The notes beneath the pieces are model-generated. The model did no database searches and was not told the origin of the DNA. It worked only from the letters and a program-made list of their open reading frames with translations. The position numbers and the translations under genes were made by a program. Shown here piece after piece: positions 10,501-20,900 of a DNA stretch of 27,880 bases (position 1 is its first letter; each line of letters starts with the position of its first letter). This DNA comes from Cyanophora paradoxa CCMP329 (taxonomy: Eukaryota > Plantae > Glaucophyta): positions 1-27,880 of the forward strand of contig QPMI01000021.1 of assembly GCA_004431415.1 (NCBI GenBank), in the 5' to 3' direction.

Positions 10501-13500
10501 ATTTCTGTTTACTTACGCGCGGCCAGGCTCTGTGCTGCACATGAACCGCGCCGCTTCGGCCCTCTTCTTCCCCGCGCTGGCCCGAGCTCGAGCGGGTTCG
10601 ATTCGAACGGCCCCGAGCAGCATTAATATTAGGCCGCCACCTCTGAGAATTCGAACGACGAAGCTATCGCAGACCCCGAGGTGGATGGACGAGGGCGGGC
10701 TTCGAGCTCGGCGCTCCGCTCAGCGTCTTCTCCTTCGTCGCCCCGCAGGAGCACCCGCGCTTCAGCGCGTTTCTCGCGGCCGGAGCCACAGCTGCCGGGG
10801 CAGCCGTCGCCGAGTTTTGGGCGCTCTCCAGGCATCAGGCGCGCCCTTTAACATATTGTTTCCTCTCTTTCCTTCTCCGGTCAGTGAGCTGGGCGCAATG
10901 AGCAGGGCCCTCAATCGAGCTTGGATCTGGTCCTTCCGCTTCCGGTGGAGGCGTCCTCTGGCCTGATGAACTACGAGGACAGGACGCTTCAGGTGCTGAC
11001 ATTTTTCGCTTCTTCGGGATCGCTGAAACTTGCGCTTAATTGTCGACCACTGAATATAAATTAATTAATATTGATCGCTCGTGCACGCAGATCCTCGTTT
11101 TTCGCGACAGTGCGGCTGAATTTTTAAATTTCGAAACTCACCCCAATTAAAGACTCGGCATATCTCTGAATTTGAGATCGTCGCAGTCACGCAGCGGAAG
11201 GCTATGAGCGACGCGCTCTTTGTGAGTGAACGGAAGTTTCGGGTGCAGAGCCAGGACCTGCAGCGGCTGGTGGACACCGGTGCGGTTGCAGATCGAACAT
11301 TAATTATACAAAGGCGCGATGGACGCTGAAGTGCGCGTGCGCAGCGAACGCGCCGATCTTCTGCGTCGACACCCAGCTCCGAGTGACCGACTGGAACAGG
11401 TGCCGCTTGAGCTTGAAGCGCCGCATCCGTGGCTTATGCGACTCGCTTCGTTTCCTGAATGTTGCTGCCAGAGCGGCGGCGCGGGTGACGGGCCTCGAGC
11501 CGAACGCCGTCCTGGGCGAGAGCGTTCTGGGGCTGGTCGCCGAACGAGACCGGAACAGCGCGAAACGCGTCCTGGAGCAGGTCTAATTGTTTCCGAGCGC
11601 AGCATAATTATAATTGACGAAATTCGCAGGCCCTCGCCGCGAGCTCGGGATCGGGGCCCGGAGGCGACGAGGAGCTCGAGGGCGCCGGCGGGCCCGTGGA
11701 GCTCGCGTTCCTGCGGCCCGAGCGCCGCGCCTCGTGCACCCGGAGCCCCGTGCAGGGCCCGGGCGGCCCAGGCGTAGGCCTGGGGCCCCCCGCGCGGGCC
11801 GCGGAGGCGAGCGTGCTGCTGGGGGCCGTCGCGCGGCGGGACGCGGCCGGCGCCGTTAACGTTGTCGGCGCCGTGGCCGTCGGGCAGGACCTGACGGAGA
11901 AGCGCGCCCGCATCGAAATGGAGGCCGTCAGCGAGGCGCGCGAAATTTCTTTGCAGAGCGGATCTGATCTATTTGAGAGCACTTTTCGCAGACGAAGAAC
12001 CGCTTCCTGGCGTACACGGTCCATGAGCTTCGGACCCCCCTCAACGGTGAGACGCTTCATATCCGTTCAGATCCTTGAACCATTTTCGCATTTGGGATGA
12101 GATCGCGCAGGCGTCCTCGGGATGGGCGAACTGCTGTCGGACACGGACCTCACGGAGCACCAGCTCGAGATCGTGCACATGATGCGCGTCTCCGCCGATC
12201 AGGTGCCGTCTGCTCTTCGCGATACGAGTTCAACAGCGCTGTGCTGGTCGATGCAACTTGTGCTTAATTTGCACTCACATTCGGATTCAGATGCTGGTCA
12301 TTGTGAACGAGTAAGTTTTAATTCGATTGGTTGCCCCTGAGCGCCCTGTTCCGATCTCATTTCGCAGCTTACTCGACGTCCGCTCCCCGGCCTGGGGTTT
12401 CGCGCAAGGGGGGCGCAATATTAATTTTGTTGGCTTATTCGCAATCTTTCGCAGCTACACAAGATTGAAGCGGGACATATGACCCTTGAATCTGTGCCCT
12501 TCGATTTGCGACAGGTCATCGAGGAAACGGTAGAGGTCTGTAACTAAGAATTCGCATATGCATGCGCATGCATGCGCAGGGGCAGTGTGTCCAGTTAGGG
12601 TATTTAAATTATAAGTAATGTGTATCGTGAACGTTGCTGCAGGGAGTTGCCCCGGCGGCATTTGCGAAAGGCATCGAGGTCAGTCGACGTCGCGAAATCA
12701 CTCGCAATATATATACTTCGGTCAATTGCAACTTGCAATTTCCGATTGCGGTTGCGCGCGCAGGTCGCGTCTTTCGTGCCCTTCGAGTTCGACGGCGCCC
12801 CGTGCCCCTCCTTCGTTCTGGGCGACCCTGTCCGAGTCAAGCAGGTGCCTCCGCTGATTCGAAAATTCGGTGGAGGGCCGGGGCCAGAACCGCCCGCCAG
12901 ATCGTGATGAACTTCGCGTACAACGGGATCAAGTTCACGAGCCGGGGCCACGTCCTCGTCTCCGTCGTCCCCCTCGAGCGCCTCGCCTCCGGCATCACCC
13001 TCCGCATCGAGGTCCGCAGATACTCGATCGCCTTCAACACGCGGCGATCTTGATTGTTTTAATCTTGGGCCTGCAGACGACTGATACCGGCCTGGGAATG
13101 GACGAGTGCGACGTTTTAATTTTCAAAGATTATTTCGCGCATCGCATTTCTTCGCGCACGCGGTAACGCCATGGCGCTGAATTTTTGCAGGAAGGGCGTC
13201 GAAAGAATTTTCCACGAGTGCATTCCTCGCCAAATATTAATTGATTACTTAGCGCTTCGTCTGCTCTTTTGCCTGATAGGGAGTTTCGAAGCTACGTCCA
13301 GGCCGCCCTCGGATTATGAGCCGAGCCCCGGAGACCGCGACGCGTTCGGAGTTGATTCCGCGGCCGATACGTACAGCGACACTTCTGACTTCGACGCTTC
13401 CGATGCTGGCGAAGGTGCGACTGCAATTGCAAATTATTCGACGGGCCGCGCACGTGCATATGGGTGACCGTCGGACCGTAATCGGGACCCGCGTGAGCAG

Positions 13501-14644
13501 GCCCCGGGGGCTGGCTCGCCCTCAACAGCGAAGAGGCGGACGCGGTCCTCGCCCGCGCAGCCTCCGCCGAGGCCGTCCCCCCGTCCCTCGGGCCGCTTGC
13601 CCTCTGGGAGGTGCGCACGTAAATCGTCTTGTTAATAATTACAATTCTGACTATAATCACTCACATTCACGTGGACAGGAGTACGAATGTGCCTGTGATG
13701 AGATCCGTGCCGATCGATATCGCGAGGTCGATAGTGCCCCCGAGTCTGCACCAGCGCGGCCTGATCATGATTTACATCGTGCGCCTTTCGCGCGCGACAG
13801 CCCTTTACCGTAACCCTCCTTCCCCGTCCCCCCCCCCTCCCCCAACGCACCGTTATACATTAACGTTCCCCCCCCCCCCCCTTTCCCCTTCTCCCGTGTG
13901 CCCCATCCCTTTCTCAGCCTCCCCCCCCCCACCCCCCACCCCTCCCTCATCCTTCCTCCCCCGCCCCTCCCTCTTCCCACCCAACCACCCAACGTGAACC
14001 CCAACCCCCAGCCCCCACGTTGCACCCATCCCATCCGCCCTCTTTCCCCCCTCTTCCCCCCCTCTACCCGCCCAGCGCCCCCCCCCCCTCTCCTCCGGAT
14101 CCTCGCACGGCGTCACGGTCGCGAGGCGCGGCGCGCAGATCGCCGTGCATCTACATCTGAAGGCCGGCGAAGGAGCTCTACTGCGGGCGCCTTGGTATGA
14201 TTTTGATGATATCGATTAATATTCATGACCCGACCCCCTAAACTTTGAAATACGAAGATTCGAATTAGAGTGCTGGCGCAGGGATTTCTGGTGTTCAAGA
14301 GGCACGCGGCCTTCCTGCTGGCGCCCCCCGAGGCGTCGTCGGGCTCTGAATTCAAACCCTCGGCTGAGGGATCCGGCCGCGGTCGCGTCGCCCACCTCCA
14401 CCTCCCGGGATCCCTCCTCCAGGTTCGCCATGCCGCGCCCGGCCCCTCGATAATTCGGGAAGGACCTCCTTCCCCTTCCCCGTTTATCGTCTTCGAATCC
14501 CCCCGGCCCCTTTCGCTCAATGTCTCGAGTTTCTCGGCAGATCGACGAGGCGGCGGCGCGGTGCGCCCTCGCCGGGGTCTGCCGCGCTCTCGGCATCCCT
14601 TCGACACCACATCCATCGGCTGGCACCTCGTTGTCCGCTCATAG
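1533..14644 (+). CDS. Multi-exon membrane-anchored sensor histidine kinase (TM-Cache-like-TM-HAMP-PAS-PAS-HisKA-HATPase lacking G2), with an unrelated C-terminal tail; start uncertain (clear from ~2113)
   Basis: Manual splicing gives TM1 LASCVLPIFILLLIACCV|IISVLASTYA and H-box TKNRFLAYTVHELRTPLNG (11992-12046). It continues VLGMGELLSDTDLTEHQLEIVHMMRVSADQ|MLVIVND|LLD|LHKIEAGHMTLESVPFDLRQVIEETVE, then GDPVRVKQ|IVMNFAYNGIKFTSRGHV (N box), TTDTGLGMDE (G1) and RIFH (F). Several 1-bp frameshifts are repaired by the other copy. Confidence 0.85.
1632..1755. repeat. C-run low-complexity tract, probably intronic (also ~15097-15216)
   Basis: Long C runs, followed shortly by TTTCGCAG (acceptor-like). 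Confidence 0.8.
2146..2366 (+). other. First transmembrane helix of the kinase, split over two exons
   Basis: LASCVLPIFILLLIACCV (donor GT at 2200) joins IISVLASTYASRLGSKL (2316-2366) in phase 0. Confidence 0.7.
4104..7870. mobile_element. Non-autonomous TIR DNA transposon, CMC (CACTA/EnSpm/Chapaev-like) type
   Basis: Left end CACAGCGGTTCAAGAACCGGGAAGAAATTCCA (4104-4135) matches the reverse complement of 7839-7870, CACAGCGGTTCAAGAACCGTGAAGAATTTCCA, at 30/32. CTG flanks both ends (4101-4103, 7871-7873), a 3-bp TSD. No transposase recognised. Confidence 0.8.
6117..6880. repeat. GC-rich minisatellite inside the TIR element
   Basis: About a dozen copies of GCCGCCCCACGCCGCCGGGCGGCCGCC, interleaved with GCGCAGCTCCGC blocks. 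Confidence 0.9.
7903..8605 (-). mobile_element. Probable 5'-truncated non-LTR retroelement (LINE-like) 3' end
   Basis: On the - strand: a Ser/Pro-rich ORF tail ending RVLSRDPS* (stop 8015-8017), a T-rich 3' UTR, a stem-loop CTACGG..CCGTAG (7920-7942), then A11 (7903-7913). No TSD or RT motif seen; 5' boundary approximate. Confidence 0.5.
8060..8182 (+). repeat. 22-bp perfect direct repeat ATAAGGAGAACGAGCACGAGGA
   Basis: Copies at 8060-8081 and 8161-8182; encodes PRARSPY twice on the - strand. Confidence 0.9.
8729..9848 (+). other. Extracellular Cache (dCache-like) sensor region, distal exons
   Basis: FWSPTFP|LGSSFGPSMHFTRVTPLY...FLGT|IGIGIRGVNEYVDTLSVAGN|GFAVLVANDATG ... FMVGGEEYVSRI...LHLVVGLAAPQT resembles the Cache pattern W..P...P.y...lGv.gidi...l....G.a.lv...G. 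It lies between the two TM helices. Family assignment is by eye only. Confidence 0.6.
9936..10405 (+). other. Second TM helix, then a HAMP-like linker and the start of PAS1
   Basis: LEEVTALRLSSIIVSCVCG(G)LALLLGLAVIFE|VLRSMRNFRKELDKMAFFSL...SALSELDEVGAALAKARQAVSVLERVADALVVTDRDG. Confidence 0.65.
10350..11200 (+). other. PAS/PAC domain 1
   Basis: LERVADALVVTDRDG|SVLHMNRAASALF...VAPQEHPRF...EFWALSRHQ|GPQSSLDLVLPLPVEASSG...LQ|ILVFRDI|TQRK, with the classic DITxRK end. Confidence 0.75.
11250..11905 (+). other. PAS domain 2, phytochrome C-terminal PAS-like
   Basis: DLQRLVDTA|NAPIFCVDTQLRVTDWNR|AAARVTGLEPNAVLGESVLGLVAERDRNSAKRVLEQ|ALA...RRDAAGAVNVVGAVAVGQDLTEKR. Confidence 0.85.
11992..13414 (+). 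other. HisKA plus partial HATPase_c (phospho-His codon CAT at 12022-12024)
   Basis: H, N, G1 and F boxes are recognisable in exons 11992-12046, 12111-12202, 12291-12310, 12368-12377, 12901-13011, 13077-13105 and 13191-13217. No GxGLGL G2 box follows. Confidence 0.92.
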
Positions 14645-14995
14645 CGCCAGCCGTGCACTCGCGATCGGCACGTCGCCGGCGCCGCGGTCACTGCACATGT
14701 ACATAGAGATTCTTTTCGAATCATTGAATTCTATTTTCGAATTCAGGCTATAAGTGCCTTCTTTCCCGGCCGAATGGCTTCCGGGATCCTTTTCTGGCAG
14801 GCATTGAATCGTAAATTCGACGGGTATAGGTCACGTGTTTCGCAGCTGCGTTTCGATTCATTAAATTGCGGTTGTTTCGATTGCATGGTTTCAAATTCGA
14901 AGCCAGTGCATTATTATGTCTTTTAAATTATTTAATACGGTAGGTATTATTGGCATTGTTTTGTAGCAGTTAGTGCTCTTTGAAACGAGCTCGAA

Positions 14996-17900
14996 ATGCT
15001 ACACGCCGCAAACCCAGTCAAGGTTCACAGCGCCGCGGCGCGCTGAAAACTTTTGCAGCCGCCGAGCGGTCCCCCAGGGTTCCTCGAGCCTGGGGCTCCC
15101 CAGCCCCTCCCCCCCCCCCCCCCCCCGGCCCCGTTAAGCTCCCCCCCCCCCCCCTTTCCCCCTCTCCATCCCCCTCACCCTCCCCCCCCTTCCCCACCTA
15201 CCCCCCTTTCCTTCCCCGCGCGCGCACCTTTCGCAGCTCATGATCAAGAAGCTCAAGATCCAGCTAGAGCACTATCTATCGATATCCGCACTAGTACTGG
15301 CATAGAGTCCTTACAATTTTTGCAAGTGAATACGTATACTCGGGAAATTAAACTTGGGGAGCTAGAACCAAATGCAAATGTAGGCTGGGGTCTGACGGTC
15401 TTTAGCTATACGTATACGCGCTATACGGGGCCTCGCGATCGGAGTAGAGAGATGATTGGGGCCGGGGAAATCGAGCTAAAGGAGAATTCGGAACCGCATA
15501 GCTAGCTCGCGAGCGCCCCAGGAGAACGTGCAAGACACGTACCGCCTTCCAGCCGCAAGCGCGGACCGCGAATGTGCGCGGAGACGGCGCGCCCGCCCGC
15601 GGAGGCTCGCGTCGTGCGTCCTCCCGATCTTCATTCTGCTTCTGATCGCCTGTTGCGTGGTGCGAATGGCGCCGGCCCCCCGGGCGCGCGCGCGCGCGCT
15701 TGCCCGCCCGATCGATCGCGATCGGCCGCGGGCCCGGGCCTGCCGCCGTGCGGGCCGGCCGACTTTCGCGCCAGATCATTTCGGTCTGGCGTCGACGTAC
15801 GCGTCGCGGCTGGGCTCGAAGCTTGGTGATCAGTATTTGGAGGTGCAAAATCGCACATCGCCGCATCGCCGCGCGCGCTCCCTCCTGGAGCTTCGCTTCG
15901 CCCTGACGAGATCATTTCGCGGGCAGCAAGTCGTGCACGACATCGACCAGCGATGGACGCTCTCTCGAGGCTTGGCGGAGAGAGCCTCGATCCGAGCACG
16001 CGCCCGAATTCTGCAGCAGCTCGGAACAAAAGCCAACATCTGACGACTTTCCGCTGCTATAGCTAGCGGATATTGGTTTGGATCTGCTTTCCGAGGCCGG
16101 CGGCCACGACCTTCAAACTTTCTCGGCGCGCAATACCCTTCTCGCGCCGGGCCGGGCACTGCAGCTGGCGAAGGCCGCGGTCTAACTGTGATCAAATCTT
16201 TGCAGATCGTTCTTCCAAACCAGGAAACGTTGATTGTCAGAAGGGAGCCCGAATCGTTTCTGGAAGCATTTCCTGACGCGCTGTATCCTGCTTCGCTCGT
16301 TCAGTACCGCATCAACGACGGGCTTCTAGGCTTTCGGTCGCATCATTGTAAGGATATTTAGTTATATTTTACTTTAGTTTCACTGTCGAAATCTTAAGCT
16401 TCGTTCTAATATCGATGTTCACTCCAGCTGAATCAGAGCTTTCCTACTGAACAAAAGTAACGGGCAGTGGATTGTCGCCAAAGAGATCAGATACTCAATT
16501 GTGGATAACAGGTACGGTGTGCATGCGCAATCAATTCGACAGTCCCAAGCGTTCCGGGGTATTACTAGGTCTTCGACTCGCCCCGCCCCGCTCGTCTCAG
16601 GAGGTGCAAGGTGGGGTCTAAAGTAGGGACGCTGACAGAATACAACAACTAAGTATCTTCAACGGTAGTAATCATTTGAATGCTCAGCGACTATCTATAC
16701 AACTAGTATAATGCTAGCTATAGGCGTAGGCGGCTAGGCCTGGCCTGCGCGCGGCCGCCCACCGTGCCTCGCCCGCCGGCGACCGCACCGCCGCCGCACC
16801 TCCGCCCGCGCGCCAGTGCCCGGAGAGCTGCGCCGACGCCCCGCTCGCCGCGCGCGCCTTCGCCCCGCGCGGCCCCGCGCCCCGAGCGCGCCGCGCCACG
16901 CGCCCCCGTCCGCCTGCCGAGCCGCGCCGCCGCCTGCCGCGCAGCTGAGCTGCCGAGCGCGCGTCGCGCCTCCGATGCTCCGTCCCGCTTGGCGAGCCGC
17001 ATGGCGCCGGCCTCGCGTCGCGCAGCCGGCCGCTGCGCACTCCCGCTCGCCGCCCTGGGCCGGGTTAGCCGAGCATGCGCAGCGGAGGGCGACATGTCCA
17101 GCTAGGGCGCGCGGGCCAGGCGCGGGGACCGTCGGACACGGGAGCTCGAGGGCGGTGGCGCGCGCGGCTCGCGCGCCGGCAGAGCGGAGCGCGGCGCGCG
17201 GCGCGACGCGGCGCGCGCGACTCGGCGTCGAGTCGGCGATTATGCTTAGCTGCACTCTGCAAGCAGTGCATGCTGCGCAGTGCAGTGCAGCTGCAGGCTG
17301 GCACATCGCGGTTGCGTGGGCGGCAACTACGTAGTAGTACGCCGGCAAGTGCAAGTCGTCGGCGCCGCAGCGGCGGCGACAAGGAGCCTTGCGCGGGATA
17401 CAGCAAAAGAGACGTCCGGCGGCGCCGGCCTTATCCACAGCGGGTCCACAAAAGACTTATCGCCGACGAAAGAAGACCGACTTGCGAACTGGCCGACTTG
17501 GACAGCGTGACAGACAATCCGACGGGTAGCAAGGGGGGTTTGAGCAGCTGCACAGCGGTTCAAGAACCGGGAAGAAATTCCAGTGGAAAACCTCCGCAAG
17601 TACCGTGAAAAAACTCGAAGGGACCTCGAAAGTACAAAGCGGGGTAGAGGCAGCTAAGGTACCGAGTTACTTCCGGCACCGAAACAGGATCGGCCACCAA
17701 AACAGCGTCGGCCCGAAGTCTCGTCCGAGGCCGTAGCTAGGCGCTCCGCTGCAGCAATGGAGTCATATCGATCAATACAGGTGTCGCTGATGCCAAGCGC
17801 GCGCCCCCGAAGCGATTCAGGTGCAGTCCGAGCGAACTGCGTCGTCCACTCGTTTGACGCACTCCAAACAGCAGCCAGGTCGCCGGAGAGTACAGGCAGT

Positions 17901-20900
17901 CCGAATGTGGGCTAATGGCTGTCGAGCAGCGCAGGCAGGTGCTGTTTTTCAAAGTTGCCGCTAACGGTCACATTGCACTGAGCCAATTCGGCCGCAGGCA
18001 AGCGCTCCTACTGGCTGAAACGCATCTAATGACACTGTACAGCAGGCCAGAGTGCTGCGCCGCTGCCGCCGCTGCCGATTAGGTGTGGTGCTGTCGCCGC
18101 CGCCGCCGCCCACTGTTTTAACGAAGCGCAGATCATGCAGACCAGCTGACATGCAAGCCGTGTCGTCGGTAGAAGCAGATTCTGTCTTCTTGGCCGCCCG
18201 CCTTCATGGTCCGCCGCCGCTTGCATGCTCTTGACCGTCCGACTGACGCATGGCCTGACCGATTGCAGCGCGCACGGCTGGCGGCGCTATAGCAGAGCTT
18301 TCTGAGCGGTGCAGCATGCCGCGGTCCGTTCGGTTTCCTTTTTCCGGTTGTCCGCTCTGTCTCCGCCTGCTGACTATGATCGTACGCAGCCAGACGGTGC
18401 TGTGCCAGTGCTGTTCTGATGATTTAGAAGCGGTTGTGCTGTTTCGGCGGAGCTGCTGCATCGACGAGCAGCCCGGCCGCCTCGATCCGCCGGCCGGCCG
18501 GCCGGCGCTTCCTCGAACCCTGCCGCTTCTAGCTGAGCTGCTTGCCTTGCTTAGCTGCTTGAGAGCGTGGCTTTCAGTATCACTGGAGTGCAACTACCGC
18601 AGCCAGGCCGCTCTAGATCTGCTGCCATTTGGCAGGTCGCGTCCTGCTCAAAACAGCTTTCTTTCTGTGTGGGCTGTTCGGCCTAGCGTAGGATTCTGTG
18701 ATCTGTTCGTGTTTTAGCGACGAACACACTCTCACATCCAGTCTCAGCTCGCAGCTTGGGCTTGGTTTGTTCTTTTGGCATCATGATCAGGGCTCTTGCA
18801 TCTGGCACGCGTACGTGTACTGCAGCAGGTCTGAGCACGCGTATGAGCATTTTATAGCTTGCCGAGCCTTGGGGCACGCGGCGCCGCGCCAGCAAGCCGA
18901 GGAAGCTGGTCCGCGGGCCGGCACCCGTCCACTGCGCACGCCGTCATTCAATGCCTGGTCCGTTGCGAGCCCTCCGAGGGCTTGCATTGAAGAGAGAACT
19001 CACTTTGACAGCGCGCGAATGCTCGGGGATGAGCTCGCGATGTTCCCTTGAAGCGCGACGCGCTGATCCAGTGACTCAGTGACATGAGGTGCGGGGTAAG
19101 CGAGTTCGGGACGTGGAAGCTGCAGGCGAGCTGTTATATGGCCTTATTTAATGATATCATGCTTAGTTATAGCTGCCGCCACTGGCCACACTTGCCAAGT
19201 TGCCAACTTCTTGACCTTCTTCCATTCCGGAATGACGGGTCAGTTTCTAGCAAGTCAGCCAGGCTGTTTTGAAATATTTTGAAGCGGTTTTTTGGCAAGT
19301 CTTCGGAGGCGGCGCGCGCGCTTCGCCGGGTGCTTCTATGCAATATAGGGCGTAACTGATGTATTTTGGAGCTTTATAGGTCGCTGGGGCCGCGCGCGAC
19401 CCTCGGCTCCTGGCATTGGCACTGTCACGCCTGGGAGCCAGAACGGTTTTCAGAGCCCAACAAGGAAATGCGGTGCGTGCGCTTCAAAATACATCGTAAT
19501 TGCACTATACTATGATAATAAAACTGTAAAGCCCTAAAAGTGCCTGTCGCCGCGCCGGCGCGCCTCCGCCGCCGCCGCGCGCACCGCGCCGCCACACCGC
19601 GGGCGGCCGCAGCGCCGCCACGCCGGGCGGCCGCCGGCCGCCCCGCGCGGCCCGCAGTTCCGCGCCGCCCGCGCCGCGGGCGTAGCTCCGCGCCCCCCGC
19701 CGGGCGGCGCAGCGCCGCCACGCCGCGGGCGGCCGCCCTGCGCCGCCCGCGCGCCGCGCAGCTCCGCGCCGCCCGCGCGCCCCGCGCGGGCGGCCGCCAG
19801 CGCCGCCCCACGCCCGGGGCCGCCCCGCGCCCCGCGCCGCGCCGCCCACGCCGCGGGCGGCCGCCCGCCCCGCCGGGCCCGCGCAGCCGCCGCCCACGCC
19901 GCGGGCGGCCGCCGCGCCGCCCGCGCAGCTCCGCGCCGCCCACGCGCGGCGCCGCCCCCCCGCCCGGCGAGCCGCGCCGCCTGGCGCCGCCCGCGCCGCC
20001 CGCGCCCCGCGCCGCTCCGCAGCTCCGCGCCGCCCACGCCGCGGGCGGCGCCAGCGCCGCCCACGCCGCCGGGCGCCGCCCGCGCCGCCCCGCGCAGCTC
20101 CGCGCCGCCCCACGCTGCCGGCGCCGCGCCGCGCCCCGCCGCCGGCGGCGCCCGCGCGCCCACGCCGCCGGGCGGCCGCCCGCGCGCCCGCGCCGCCCGC
20201 GCCGCCCGCGCCTGCGCTGCCAAGGTGGCATCAGAGTGCATATACGACGCGCGGGACAGGGCGAGGCGAGCATCACGCCTCCAGCCCCTGCAGTGCAAAG
20301 GACATCCAGGTTGTGCCATCTAGATCAGCGCGTGGAAAGCAAGCGATCGCGCTCACTCGTGCCGGCGACCGGAAGACGCGCGCGCCGTGCCTCTTCTATC
20401 GCCGGAAGTGTTCTTGTATGTCCTCTTGCATGACTGGTCATCCTATGGACAGCTGCTGCGCGCGGGGGTTAGCGCGATGCGGGCGCGCGGCGGTGAGCAT
20501 GAGGCGGGCATCGGCATCTCGAACGAGCGAACTGACTTGTCGTTAAACGTTGATCACGTCCAGCCGCTGTGACGAGACGAACGAGGGCGAGTGCGCCCCC
20601 GGTTCCGCGCGCTTCGCGCTCTTCTGCCAGGCTGGCGCGTTGCTCCGTTGCTGCTAAAAGTACTGTACTAGTCTGCTGCTGCGACGTCGGCATGCCGCAG
20701 TGCAGCGCATGCGCATACGGCTGGCCAGCGGCCTTCAGCTCTTCCGTCCGCCGCGCGCGGCCTTAAGCTTGTTGGCCTGCGCGCCCAAGTCCAGTTTTTT
20801 TCGGGTTCGCGATCGCGTGGCGATCGAATGGCGATCAGCATACCGGAAAAAAGAAAATTTTATCCCGACAATCGATGATTCATCCCACAACCCACGGAGT

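Larger units (their letters stand above)
1..13454 (+). repeat. Tandem repeat unit, copy 1 (13,454 bp, phased arbitrarily from window start)
   Basis: TGCATATGGGTGACCGTCGG at 1 recurs at 13455 and 26721; the sequence and ORF track are collinear throughout. Confidence 0.97.

Noticed and set aside
10576-10672. Additional GC donor after LFFP
   Set aside because: A canonical G|GTTCGA donor at 10596 keeps the frame.
11250-13414. Calling the gene a phytochrome or a hybrid kinase
   Set aside because: No GAF/PHY chromophore module and no receiver domain found.
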